From Klebsormidium nitens (taxonomy: Eukaryota > Plantae > Klebsormidiophyceae), in the NCBI GenBank assembly GCA_000708835.1, contig DF237205.1, forward strand, positions 56,601-120,600: 64,000 nucleotides of DNA. The letters are read 5' to 3'. Below the pieces are notes generated by a model. The model did no database searches, was not told the DNA's origin, and saw nothing but the letters and a program-made list of their open reading frames with translations. A program made the position numbers and the translations under genes. Positions 12,465 through 25,612 of this stretch are shown here, one piece after another (positions within the stretch are counted from its first letter, which is position 1; each line of letters starts with the position of its first letter).

Positions 12465-12620
12465 GGGCCACGTGTCGCATGATTAAAGACACAAGTAAGA
12501 GGTTGTTCATTCTCTGCCCACGTATCCGTCTTGACAGTATCTCCTTTCCAGTTGTCATTGTCACCGCCACGAACAACGTGATCGATGGCCAGCTTGCTAT
12601 CATGAGCAAATGACGTCACT
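12465..12620. promoter_or_regulatory. Cluster of ACGT-core (G-box/ABRE, C-box-like) elements upstream of the HK gene
   Basis: CACGTGTC at 12469-12476, CCACGTA near 12518, TGACGTCA near 12611, in a GC-rich non-coding stretch. Function is inferred from the bZIP consensus only. Confidence 0.3.
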
Positions 12621-13322
12621 GCTGCTGGTTCACAAAGGCGCGACGCCGGCCGCCCGCCCGGGCCCCCGAATTTGTGGCGGCCCGCGGCCGCTGATGATGT
12701 CACGGGATTCGAATCGACGGTTGTGACTTATGTTTGCTCACTGGTGACGCACTGCAGCTCCAGCCTGTCGGCCGGCCTAGGCGGCTGCCAAAATAGTGAA
12801 CTTCCAGGCTTCAGTATAAGTTGCGCACTGACGCATGCAGTCTGCATCAGGCTTACTTTGTATCGGCCGCGGATCATCGGAGCCAGCCTGGGGCCAGGGG
12901 GCCAGGATTCCGATTGATGTCATCAATGTTGATAGGATTACCAGCCGGAAGTCTCAGTTCTGCAAACGTCTGTAACCCATTACGGTAACTGGAGAGCCGT
13001 CAAAGGCTTGATTATGCCAATTCCGGTACAATGGCCTGCTTGCTGGTTTGCCTGGACTTCGTGATATCGAGGCAAACAGTTCAACATAGACCAAGTTATT
13101 CGTTTTGACAACCCGCCCTGGCATCTTGTGTAGATCAGTACGGTTAGGCCAATTTGGCCCTACTTCTGGAGAACTACCCAATCACCATAAGCGTCATAAG
13201 CTTTGACGGCGCCCAAACTTACAATCCCCATAGCCACCACAAAGCCACATCACGCAACTTGGCTAGGTTTCTAATTTTATCGGTCGAGCTTAAGCACAAA
13301 TAGCAACCCATGATTAGTCACG

Positions 13323-16300
13323 TTAGCAACCCATGATCTCCCTCGTCAGCTTCGATAACCCAACCACATGGTCGTCCACAACACCTGTGAAGGAGCGTCC
13401 AATCAGAGCGGTGACAAGTATTCTTGGTTACTGAGCAAGGATCACTGAAAAGTTTCAAAAAGAAACAAAAGCTGGACGCCAAGTAAGCAGTTTGTCACTG
13501 ACAACTCGACTTCATGACTGGTGACGAAAGCAATTGGAGCATGGAGCTGACTGAATTTGGAATCGATCTGACTAGGTGGTACGCTGAAAATTACGGAAGA
13601 GCAGTATATGACGGTCAGGTTTGGATCAAACCATTTGTACACTACAGATCTCCCTTTCCGCCTGAAGTTCGCATGTCTTGCACGAATTGGAACTGGTCCA
13701 GAAGCGAAACGTGACGCACTCATTGCTGATCTCTTTTGCCTTGAGTAACAACCGCTTCTTGTCGAGCTTCTTGTCACGAAACATGAACACTTTAGGCAGA
13801 CGTGAGATGGCGACTGCCGCTTGCACTGACAGGTTGCACTGACAAAAACAAAGTCGATGATTCGAAACGTTCTTGCGCGCAATCTGCTCCGTTTTGGGTG
13901 CTCGCAAAATACTCAACGAAGCGGCCCTCGTAATTTTACTCAAGCAGCCTTGCGCATGTACAGAAAAGGCCCGGACGGCGGCTTACCGAGCCGTAACAGG
14001 GCCTCTTCCAGCCTGAAGAGGTACTCGTAATTGGGCCCGGAGGGGCCTCTTGCTTTCGCAATCTGCTTAGCGATCTCTTCCAAGGGGGCAGGCCCCAGGT
14101 AGTTCTGGTTAGAGACTTTGTTAGGAGAGGCTATGTACCTGAGGAAGAAGAAAGCATGAAATATGATAAGCTAACCAACGAAGTGCTTCTGTTGTGAGCC
14201 CACGGTACAATGCCATGCAAACAATGGTAGAATACAGCCCTTGGAGAGAAGCACGAATGATGGCACCGGAAGATCCTGACGACCGTGGTCGATTTGTCCT
14301 ATATCAAGAGCGGGCCAGAGGGTGCGAATACAAACGACGCTAACGCGGGGCTCTTGGCGGGAGAAGAATGGAGAAGCCCGGAAAGAAAAAGAAACATGGA
14401 AAGATCATATGATAGATCTGCAGACAAAGAACGACGCAACAACAGGGAAAGAAAGTACCCGCATCACAACTGAAACGGCAGCTCAAGCGAAGCAGACAAC
14501 CGGAAAGTGCACGTAGAACGAGTCCTGCGAATGGCAATTGTACCAACAATCGGGATTTGTTTTAGCACATCACGAAATGGGGTTAACACGGAAACGACGA
14601 TCCTACTGGAAAGCAGGCGAGGCAAACAAGAAAGACATTGTCAGAGCGACCACGCCATTACGATGGCACTTCTGACTTCCTATGAGAGGCGGCGAAAGGA
14701 GTGAGAGGAGAAAACGAGGGTAACTGAAAGGAGCTCACACTAAGACGCCGGACACGGCAGGGACAGTTTCCGACTCGAGGGTGAAGAGATCGACCTTCGC
14801 CCGGACATCGTACTGCTTCTCCCGCACTTCCAGGTACTGCGAGCAGGTCAAGAGGCGGGTTAAGAAGCCGGTTAAGGACTTTTGAAAAGTACAGTGGACT
14901 GGTTACTTGCGGGAGAGAAGATGTACGAGCAGAATAAGGACGGTTCATAGCCTGTTCAAATAGACGTTGGTACACGGGGTAAAGTCGGATTTTCCTCGAA
15001 TGCAAGGCTCGTAACCTGAAACTAGCGCTCAGTATAGTTTTCAGATATGATTACAGGGAGTGCGAAGCGGAGCTAGCAAATCTGGAGCTTTGCCGTGCTC
15101 GACGAGTATAATACTTTGCAGTCGTAGCTTGTAGGAAGCCCCTCTGTTGCAAGAATCCAAGCGCGAAAACAGCAATCGTCGGTTATAAGAAGCTCATGCG
15201 GTATTTTCCACTTACAGAGAGAGTGAGGTCCGCCTCTTGTTGATCTTCTATACAGTACGCAGTGCCCCACTGCATGAAACAAAAAACATAACGTTATGAG
15301 TCCTAATTGGTGCAGTCACCAGATAGTTTGTGTTAAACTATGTAACACAAATAGACGGCTGACCAAGAGATCCATTGGATCCTTAAGGAGGGTGCGAGGA
15401 CAACTAAAGGAAGCCCGAAGGTATCAATACGCGTCCCAGCGTCTGACTTTAGTACGAGTGATGTCAGACGCTAGCACGCGTCATGCTGGCCTCCGCGGAA
15501 GATCTCCAAACAATTTCTTTTGGAAAGCTTGCAAGAGATGTTGGATGCACCGCTACTGCAGCCCTCATAACAGCAGAAGCATGAAACTAACAGAGCGTTG
15601 TATAAGCAGCACTTAGTCAACGAGACGGTTCTTTGACGTGGCGACTGCTTCATCAGCGACGATACAAGTGTGTCATCGAGCACCTCTAAAGAACAGACTG
15701 CGACATCCTCCATTTGATGGAGTCTGGAAACATCATCGTAAGTATTCTCTGACCTGACACGGTATGCCTGCGCAAACCCATATTTCTTTCCCTAACCCGC
15801 AGGTTACTTACCGTAACCGCCCCTTTTTGCGCCTCCAGAGTGACCGTTCTCCCAGGAGCGCCTGGCGTTCCCCTGTGGTCGGTACTCCCTGCAACGCAAT
15901 CGCACTTCGGTTTTTCAGATCGTGCCCTTACCACATGACTGACTGGGTTGTAAAGGTTTGGCGATAACCCAACACAGATGTCAGCGGTGTTGATGTCTTA
16001 CGAACGATGCACACTGGAAGCAAAAGACCAAAGAAAGTCGCCCACAAGGGGCACAGAGGCACGTATTTTCAAAGTCATTGAGGTCACCGAGCAACCAGAT
16101 CGATCCAAGTTGGTGTTCTGATTAGAAAGAACACCGAGGCGTGCTACTGATCGGCTTTTGTCGTTACTGAAAAGAGAATCTTCAGTCGATCTGCAAGAGT
16201 TCTGCCACTCAGACTGTGTAAAATCCACCCTTAGTAGAAGGTCCATACGAAGCCGTGGATGCAACCAAGCAGAGTCCACAAGTACTTGATTCTTTGACAC

Positions 16301-16438
16301 AGTGTTGCTGACAAGACACAAAAATGTACCTTGGTAGAACACGCGCGCCCAATCCTTGATGTAGCCGTCCACTTTCCTGTCGTACTTGAAGTTTGGTCGC
16401 CAGATGAGGGAGCCATAACCAAACAACCAGATGGTCAT
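13323..16438 (-). CDS. GGCT2: Gamma-glutamylcyclotransferase, ChaC/GGCT2 family (glutathione-degrading), 183 aa
   Basis: Exons 16438-16330, 15888-15812, 15269-15216, 14836-14739, 14138-13987, 13384-13323; all GT-AG and in phase (552 nt). ChaC motifs: [16 protein letters not shown]|[63 protein letters not shown]. Confidence 0.96.
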
Positions 16439-19014
16439 CCTCTGAAATAAGAGAGTCGTCAGGCCCAGGGTTAGATGAATTGCTTCCGAAAAGACAGAAA
16501 TTGTGGAATGAAAGGTCAGTGGTAACTCCTAGGTCAGCAGGACAGGTTTGAGGTTGGATGGTTGAGTATGTCTCAGGGGGCCATGCGGTTCACAAGGGCT
16601 CACTGCCTTCAGGTGTCTTTAATCAACGAAGGCTCTTCTTCTGGTATGGAGAACAATCGTTGGGGGCAAAAGACCAGGCTTCCGCTTCCTTGGAGGAATA
16701 CAAGGGAACAACAAGCAGACATAGAAGCCTTGTTCAGGAGCTTGAGCGATTTCTAAATTGAACAAGTGTTGCTCAAGGGTGATTGGACTACATTTTCAGC
16801 TTCCCGAAGGTGACTCTATATCAACCAATGTGGGATCTTGATCTAGGTCGAGATCTGCCTAGACGTAGCCTGTATTGGAGACAGGATCAAAGTGGGGCCT
16901 AATTGGAGCTTTGAAGCAAACAACTCCGCCAATATTTCAGCCCCAGAATCAAATACGCGCCTTCCCCAATTTTTACCAGGTTTGAACCATTTTTTCAGCA
17001 CCTTCCCCCTCTGCCTTCACTCCTTGCTGAATAAGACAAACTTTTCCTTCAACCAGTCTTGAAGCTAGAGTCCAAGCCTTTGGCCTGTCCTTCTGATACG
17101 TCGCAGCCAATGAGCTCAGTTACACATGAAGCACCTTTCACAAGAGTCGCTTAAAACTGCGGGTCAATTGCAGAAAGTTCCTGGTTGAAGCATTCAAGAG
17201 ATTCCTCCTTCTGGGGAAACGCTGAACCTGCTGCAAACACGAGTTCTGGCGCGCTTTGGCTGAAGACCTCAAAATCATGTAAAACGCTGCTTAGAAGGGT
17301 GGGCAGGATAAGGTGTGCCAGTGCCAGTCCGAAGTGTGAGGTGATCAGGAACGAAAGCCCCGACAGAGTCTGAAGGAGCTTCCTTGGGATCTTTTGAGCA
17401 CAGACTTTTGTTGATATCCTGGCTCAACACAACAATGTCAGGCTAGCTGAGCTGAATCGTTTACCAGAGCAGCAGCGCTGCAAAGTTTCACGCTGCCTGT
17501 GCTTGCATCCAACTGATCGCAGGCACTCTCCGGAAGACGGCCTCGATTCTCTGATCAGCATCCAAGCAGACCTGAGCTTCTCAAAGTTCCTCCAAAGAGA
17601 TGTGCAAGTCGCTCTGGCTTCTCACCGCAAGGATCACGCTGACCAAGTCTGTGCCAAGCACGTCCCCGAAGTTGGCGGTCAAATGTTTGGGTGCTGGTCT
17701 TCGTAATGGGATCGTTGGCACTGAAAAGAATTCTCTTCCGAACCTAGAGGGAATCCTATACTTCAGCTGGAGGAGATCCGGCCCAAAGCCCCCCAGAAAG
17801 TCGGCAAAACTGCCAAAACAGCGTGTTTCTTTCTCTTGTTGGCGATCTAACACCTGCTCACATTGTGCTGGAAATTATTTCAGGAACCTAAGTGCTTAGC
17901 TCGTTCAGGTGCACATTCATTGTAGACGCCACCGTGACAGAATCAAAATGCAACGAACCCATTGCAATGCCGCTAACTTGAACTTGATTCTTGAAGGCGC
18001 CAGCTCAGATTTAGAATGACGATAACATTGACATGGGCTTGCCGAACTCAGGCCCATGGCTGAGTCTGGCACGCACATTTTAGGGAATCATATGCTAATA
18101 TCTGACGGTGCAAGGCGAGTCTTGAACGAAAGACGGGATCGGACGGTTCTAAGACAGTGCATCTGAAGCCGTCGATGTTACATTGATCACATGCAGCCAT
18201 TGATGTGGGGTGCATAAGCGATATGCAGGATGCATGAATGGATTCATGCAGTGCATCCTGTGCAGGCGACCATCATTCAAATTGGGCCAGATCGATCATT
18301 GGATCGGCCACTTTTCTAGCAAAGCACCTGCCAGTGCACATGAACACACGAAGATACACATCTGGTATCAATTTGTGTGAGGTAGAAAATGAAGACATAT
18401 GTGTCTTCTTCCTTTCAAAGCACTGAAGTCACTCCATTCTGTACATTTGTATGTGTACCTCGTACCAGGTTCGTTTACGTTTCTTCCTACGTATCAAGCG
18501 TCTCCTTTGCAAACTCAAAAAGTGGTACAAGCTAGGCTTGCCTGGTTGATCTGCTTCGTCCGCTACATGGACTATTCAAAGCAGACAAAAACGGCATACA
18601 TAGATTACACTAGACGGATCATCTCCATTCGTCAGCAGCGTAGTAAGAAGTAAGTAGTTACATTGTAGGCGCTAAAGCATCGATATCGCGTCACTAGCTG
18701 GCTAGCACTGCCGGTCATCGAGCAATCATGGTGAGCATAACTACGGCGCAATCTCTTCCGCCACGTTGGATCCTTCGAAGACGTCAGGAAAGGAATACAC
18801 CTGCAGAAGGCGAAAGAGATCAGTTATCACGCTCAAACGTCGCTTTATAGATGACCCGTCTCAACGACTTCGAGCTCGTCGACTTTCTTGGAGCTTTCCA
18901 GCCTTTGTGTTGTACGTTGAGTTGTGCAGCCTTCCGTTCCCAGTTTCGAAAGTGGTTCCTGACAAAAGATGCGATTCGTGAAATGCTGCCAAATCTTCGA
19001 GAACATGGAACCTG

Positions 19015-22000
19015 CTAGGTTCGCTTGACCCTGGCGAAATCTGTCGCATAAGCAAAGCCCGCAAAGTTCTACAATGAAAAAGGTTGTTGACACTAGACGC
19101 TTAAAGTTTTGAGAACAAAGTCAAGCTGATCTCTCAATTTGGCTTCCATTACTCACGGATTCTTCCAAGGATCGCTGTGTTTACCTTCGTCTCCTCTTCA
19201 TCCTCAGGACCGTCATGGGGGGGTCCGCCGTGAGGTGGTTTGACGGGGGGCCCCTCGGGCCCATCGTCGTGGGGGGGTCCGTGAGGGGGTCCGTGGGGCC
19301 CGTGGTGAGGGGGGGGAGGGAGGCAGGCGCCGATGGCGATCTTCCACGGCTGGAGGCGCAGCAGAACCGTGGTGCGAACCAGTTCCTTGTTCTCTTCCGC
19401 AAACCCGCACTGCAAACGGTTGGCGTCAGCTTTAGCAGGCTTCTTTTGCCGGTATGTCGACCAGTCTTCATTTACGGTTGGATCTTAGCTGGAGTTGCCA
19501 GGTCTGCGCAATTCTCAACGCTCCTTGATACGAGCCACTTTTGGAAAGGATTGGAACTGGTGTCGTGTTCAGGTCTGTATTCTTTGCAGATTCGGTGAGG
19601 CAAATTAGCGACGGACAAAGATCAAGCGTCCCGGGCCTTTGACTGGCAGGCGAAAGTGGCAACAGACAAAAGGTCAAAACGGTACGGATGAGTGACTGGC
19701 AGAGACCAGGACAGGGTTCCGATACCTTTTTGAATCGAACATTGGGGATTGCCGAAGTTTCTCGTAGCAAATTTTGAGAGTATTTTTCGAATCAGACTGT
19801 CTTAAAAGAAAGGAAGAAAACAAGCGGAAGGACGCACAAGTAAGAGTCGGCCGCCGTCAAAAAAAGGTCCCGTAGAATCAATGGCCTTACCACTTCCGCA
19901 ACGATCTTCTGAATGTGGGGGGGCTTCGGCCCGTTGCACAGCATGAAGGCCGCCTTCTTAACCACCGCGCGGGACAGCTCCAGGTTAGTAGCGACGCATT
20001 CTGGAACATAGAGCAGAGAATACGGGTTAGGAGAATGAGGGGTTAAACAACCTGATAATCTAGCGTGATTCATAATCAATCTCTTTGCGGATTGAGGTCA
20101 ACCAAGAACCGTGTGAGCAGTACGTCAGCCAGATATGGAACAAGGAAAGGAATCAAAGATTTCAAAGAAAGCGACGCCGCACCCCTCGGCCATGCACGAG
20201 AGAAACGTGTCCGTTGACAAAATAGGCTGTTGGAAACAGCCGCCTTCAGAAGCTCCTCCTTGAGGTTCTATTTCGTTCGTCAGAAGCACCGACGTCACAG
20301 CGCAGCGACTTGTCGTCTCCAGAAATATTCATAATCCGGCGTTCCGAACTTCGTAACCGGACTCAGGGGCCTGGAAGATATCTGAAAATTCTATATAGAT
20401 CGGTCGCTCACTCTTGAGCTTCTCGGGGTCCGGCTTCCGGTGCGGGCACTTCTTCTCGACGGGCGCTCCGCTCTCCAGCCAGCGCGGGTCAATCCAGCTG
20501 TCCGCTCCCTTCGGCGCCACGTCATCCACGCTGACGTCACCGTCCTCGTCGTCGCAGGCGGAGTCGTCCCAGTTAACACCTTCGTTATCGTCATCATCAG
20601 TGACGTCATCTTCGTCGTCATCGTCTCTGGGAGGGCCGTGGGGGTGGTGATGGTGATGTGGACCGTGGTGGGGGGGTCCGTGGGGCCCAAAAGGAGGGGG
20701 GGGGAGGAGCGCGCGAAAGACGGCGGGCAGGAAGAAGCGGTCGACGGCGCCCTCGATGGCAAACAGCTTCAGCATCGTCTGCAAGAAGGAGTTTGGGAAT
20801 TTAGAGTTTTTAGTTATCGTTTGGGAGTTTGGGATTTTGCCGGTTGGAAACTTCTGGTGATCTTATCGGCCGAGACACTTTTGCTGGTGTTATCGGCCGA
20901 GACGTGTCTCGAAGGTTGTGGGTCTGAGAAGCAGTGGGCTCGTGAGTGGGGAATAATTTTTGAGCTTCTGGTTTGACGGGGAAATAGCAATCGAGATTGT
21001 CATGCATGGAAAAAGAGGGATTGAGGCGTAACGGGGCAGTCTGGATCATGGGCTTAATGCATCAATAAAACTCAATATCTGCTTTTGTCATCTTGTTGAT
21101 TTGATTCCTCTCGGCATTGCAGAGCATCTAGAAAGCCAACGTACAACAAGTAACATAATTGAGCGACGATGCACAGAATTAGGGTAATACCATATCCAAA
21201 AAGGAATTGACAACGCAGGTGGAGTCCAAGAAAACGTGACGTCATTGTGAAAGTGTGACGTCCTCACCTTGCTGGAGTCGTTGTAGCACGCCCCGCTGAC
21301 GAGGCTCCGCAGGTACGCCAGCTTGACGGGCATGACGTGAGCATCGGCGATGGCGGAGAGGCCGGCCAGCTTGGGATACTCCTTCGTGAAGTTGGCCTGC
21401 GTGAAGGACACGTCAGCATGACGTCAGCAAGATTATCGGTGGATTTGTTGCGTGATTCCAGCGCTAGCACGAGTGCAAGACATTAAGCAAGGTCGGTCGA
21501 GGTTTCTGTGTGGGGCGTTCAGGTGAACACACGACTTTAAATGGTGATCATGTGACAGGAATTGATCGTGGAAATCGAGATTTTGGTGACCTCAAGCGAA
21601 AGGGAGAGCACAGCAGTGAAGGCAACGACGATTACGTCAGCAATAAAAAGCTAAAGGCTGTGCGTATTGCAATTCTCGAGAGATTTGAGAGTCCCGACTA
21701 TTTTTCCGTTTCAAGCTCCCCAAAACCGCCTCGCAGAAGCGGTAGTGTTACCTTGATAGAGACTTGTGGTTAGACGACGAGACTGTGCGGAAGAACGAGC
21801 TAAGCTGAGTTCTGAGAAGGTAACAAGAAGTCAAGCGGCTCGAGGGCGGGATGACTCACGAACGCCTCCCTGATCTTGCTCTCAGTTGGCTCCTCAGCAA
21901 ACGCCGTCACTTTGTCGGTGGCGGTCTTGACGATTGTGGCAACACCGTCGGCCAGGCTTGCTGCAAGACAGAAAAGAACTGATTAAAAGAAGGGTTTGAC

Positions 22001-24851
22001 GAGATTCATATGATGAAGGCAAGCGAAGAGCGGGCTCCTGTTACAGCAGGCGAAAAAGAGACAGGAGGAACGCAACAAGGATAGATTGTTAAAGAGATAC
22101 ATAGATTGAACGTTCAGGTCCGTGACGAAAGAGTTGAAAGGACGGGGCTCGTTAGAGCGGACAAAGAGAAACTCAGGATTGAACCGAGGCAATCCCTTTG
22201 GCTCAGCCTGAATAGCAAGCCTTAAGTAAGCAGAAATACTTGAAAGGTCATTCTCTTAAGGATCTAGTAATGCAAAAAGCACGGTGTCTTCAGGTGATTC
22301 GTTGGAAGATTCTTCAAAGGTGAGTCACTCTGGCAAGGATTGCACACGATGCGCAAGCTGCCCATAGACGCCAGCCCGAAAACAACCACAGATGCGATTA
22401 GGGAACCATTCTCAGACGAGACAGACAACCAGCCCGAAGCTTGGAACGTCAATCAGCCTCGGCAATCCCTGCTCCTCACCGTTGCAAGTTTCCGTGGCGG
22501 CCAGCTTCGTCCCAAAGAACTCCTCCACAGCCTCAGCCACCAGCTTGGTTGTGTTCTCAATGAGCATCCTCGCGAAGGGCNNNNNNNNNNNNNNNNNNNN
22601 NNNNNNNNNNNNNNNNNNNNNNNNNNNNNNNNNNNNNNNNNNNNNNNNNNNNNNNNNNNNNNNNNNNNNNNNNNNNNNNNNNNNNNNNNNNNNNNNNNNN
22701 NNNNNNNNNNNNNNNNNNNNNNNNNNNNNNNNNNNNNNNNNNNNNNNNNNNNNNNNNNNNNNNNNNNNNNNGGGGGGCAGTCGAGGGGGGGGGTACTGTC
22801 GGGGTCGCTGAGGTCGAAGTCGAGAAGGAAGTCCCATTCGCTGGGGAGATCGGCTTGGATATCCTGCAAGAGTGGAGGGGGGAATGGTGTCAAGAAAGGG
22901 AATAAAGATCCCTTGGAATTAAGAAGTGCCTTCTACAGGGTCTGTTCCTTGTGTTGCCCGACAATGTCCACTTCCCAGATGTTTGTAGAGGAACCCGGAA
23001 TCAGGTCGTCATCCCAAATGAGGTCATCCTTCCAAATCAGTAGAATAGCCAGGTTTGTCACCAGGCCTGATTGCTGAAACGAAGCTTCTAAAGAGAGGAT
23101 AGGAATTTGAGTGATTTGTATCAAAGAACAGGTGAAACAGAAGATCAAACAAGATGAAGATAGGAAAGCCTACCCGAGGTGAGGTAAAATGTGATTGGCT
23201 GTCTCACCTGCCCAAAGAAGAGACCTTTGACCCATCCTAGGACCCCAGTGGGAGCGGCCGCCTCAGTTTCCATTCCCCAAGGGCCCCATGGACGGGGGGG
23301 AGGAGGTCCTGAAAGTGCAAGCATAGAAATAGTTATTTATAATAATAGTTATTTATATAATAATTATTTACTGCGGATTTGGCAGTGGTCCTGGATGTAT
23401 GAGACCATATTTGTTTATGCAGGAGAGAGTGTGAATGCGAAAAGCAGTTGATCGTCTGAGGGCTGGTTTGCATCGGTCTGCAAGAGTCAGAAAAATAGTT
23501 ATTTATGCGGATTTGGCAGTGGTCCTGGATGTTCAAAGACACCATATTTGTTTATGCAGGAGAGAGTGTGAATGCGAAAAGCAGTTGATTATTCAAGGGG
23601 CTGATTTGCACCGGACTGTTGGACAATTAGTGCTTCAAGTAGGGTAGATCACTTCATTGTCGATCTCCTGACTCAGAGGAAACCTCTAAGGCTACAAGCC
23701 CTGCAGATACTTGTTCACAGAGTTTGGATCAACTGCAGGGGAATGCCCAAGCCACATAATGATAAGAAGTTCTGGTTGCTAGGAAAACTCTCATCTGGCG
23801 AGACTTTTCGGGTACTACAGGAGGGAAAGAAGAAACATGGCGCAGGCCCAGAATCACCAACGCGTGCCTTAGGAGGATGTGCTGTTTGACAGATTGCTCA
23901 AGTTGACACGCATGAAGGGACGTAAAGGGCAAGGAGTGCAAGGAATATCTTCCTAGAGGTAGCTACTTTCAGGACAGGTGTTTCTTGGATTCAAAGCAAG
24001 ACCGCTGGGCCCTGATTGAATCCAGCTCCTAAGAGGCTATGTTTGCCCAAAAAACAAAGAAAAAGCTACAAAGTTTGAAGAGGTTGAGTTGACAGGATCA
24101 ATCAGCTTCAGGACTTGAAACACACTTGTGAAGACAGGAGAGCCCACTGGACCAATAACTAAAGGAAAGGTGAATGGCCCAAGGAGAAGAGTTCAGAGCA
24201 CAAGCCACTACTACTGGACTAGCAAACCAGAAGTAAGGTGCATTGTCCAGCCACATATAAGTGGATACAGAAACACTGTCTCTCACCCATACAACAGTCA
24301 AGCTCACACTGTTGAGCCACCACAATACAGCCAAGCTGGATTGACCCCCATCTGCCCAACTTACCTAGACATCCAACCAGTCGAATTTGTGAGCTGACCT
24401 GATAGAGTTGATGCCACAGAGACAAGCCTGATCAAATTCATCTTGACCAGACTCCCCAGTAATCAAACCAGCAGTACAACTTACCATGGAAGATATGTGC
24501 CGCAGCGATCACAAGCAGAGCCCCCATCACAGCTGCCAGGAGCATTTTCACACCCTGGCAGGCCATCAGCTTGCGCATCCTGCAGGGGGGTGCCTCGTAG
24601 CCCTCCTTCTGGGGGGGGGACGACGCGCGCTCCTGGAACTTGGCCCTGACTGCAATCAGAGCAGAGTTGACTGCATCACGAGCACTCTCAAAGTATCCCT
24701 GAGGAACTGCAGTGGGGGAACTTGGCAGGAGACCCCTCTCAAGCTCATCAGCGTTAGGAGCAGCCATTGGAGAGGTGGGAATAGGCTCTGTGGAGGCGGG
24801 TTCGCTGGAGACGGGGGCGTAATGCACGTTGTGGTCGCTGCCTTTCCCCAT
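19015..24851 (-). CDS. Hypothetical single-pass (type II-like) membrane protein with Pro/His-rich and Asp-rich tracts and Cys-containing helical modules
   Basis: Exons 24851-24485, 23308-23208, 22863-22480 (interrupted by the N gap), 21960-21860, 21396-21268, 20778-20412, 20000-19891, 19409-19185 and probably 19068-19015; canonical splice sites, phases consistent outside the gap. TM segment MLLAAVMGALLVIAAAHIF. The last exon is uncertain (alternative donor near 19157). No family recognised. Confidence 0.75.
22581..22771. other. Assembly gap (191 N) inside a coding exon
   Basis: Run of N flanked by G/C homopolymers; open reading frames on both sides belong to the same minus-strand gene. Confidence 0.98.
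23330..23615. repeat. Intronic imperfect tandem duplication, period about 134 bp, preceded by AT-rich AATAGTTATTTAT units
   Basis: gcggatttggcagtggtcctggatgt...ccatatttgtttatgcaggagagagtgtgaatgcgaaaagcagttgat at 23373 and 23507. Confidence 0.92.
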
Positions 24852-25612
24852 TGGAAGCTGGGAAGGGGAAAATGTGTTGAGGTTGTGGGGAATGGGGGAA
24901 ACTTGGGTGCTTATAATGGTGATGAAAGGGGACTTGAAGCTCCTTTTGCAGCGCTCTGCCCTTCTCTCCAGAGCATAGCACACGCTAGCACGGAGCCTTT
25001 AGGCGCAGCCTTTGACCAAAGCGAATCCTGAGACGATTGCGATTGGCCCGTTTCCGGGGCAGTGCCTGTAATCGTTCTGATCTTTTCGCCGCAACCGCAT
25101 CAATCGGACGGTCACAAGGTCCTCAAAAACTGTCCGTAACTTACGCTCAGCCGTCCAAACTCAGCGTTTAGAGGCACCAGCGACCACCGGTGCATATGCA
25201 TCCCTTTGTACGCTGACAAATGCCGAACACACGTGACTCAGTTGTTTCTTGCTTGACCTCATCGCAACCGTCCAGATTAAAGCTGAAGCAACTCAAGCCA
25301 TCGATGTAAAATCAGATCCTGCGTAAGTTTGTAGATATACTTTGCTATCGCTGCAAAGCTCACAAAAGGGGACTTAGCACAATGGCAGTGCATCCGACTC
25401 CAGATCGGAAGGTTAGGCGTTCGAGTCGCCTAGTCCTCATCTTTTGTTGCACTTCTATCTTGCCATTGGCCTTCGTTGGCCTTCGTTGACCTTCGTTACT
25501 TGGCGCCTTCCTCTTCAATTGAAAGCCACCCTTTTGCTCCTGCCACTTTTGCTGAGCACTATCGAACTGAGGGAGGCAGGCGTAGCTGACGAAACGAGGC
25601 ACGCACTTCACG

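Noticed and set aside
12700-12722. tRNA B-box-like sequence (reverse GATTCGAATCCC)
   Set aside because: No T-stem pairing, A-box or cloverleaf could be built.
16560-17900. Patchy protein-like frames upstream of GGCT
   Set aside because: Frequent stops, no recognisable domain and no consistent splice chain. It could be UTR or an old relic, but I cannot support a call.
18540-18556. CCTGGTTGATCTGC, resembling the 18S rRNA 5' end
   Set aside because: Only about 11 matching nt, and the downstream sequence does not follow rRNA.
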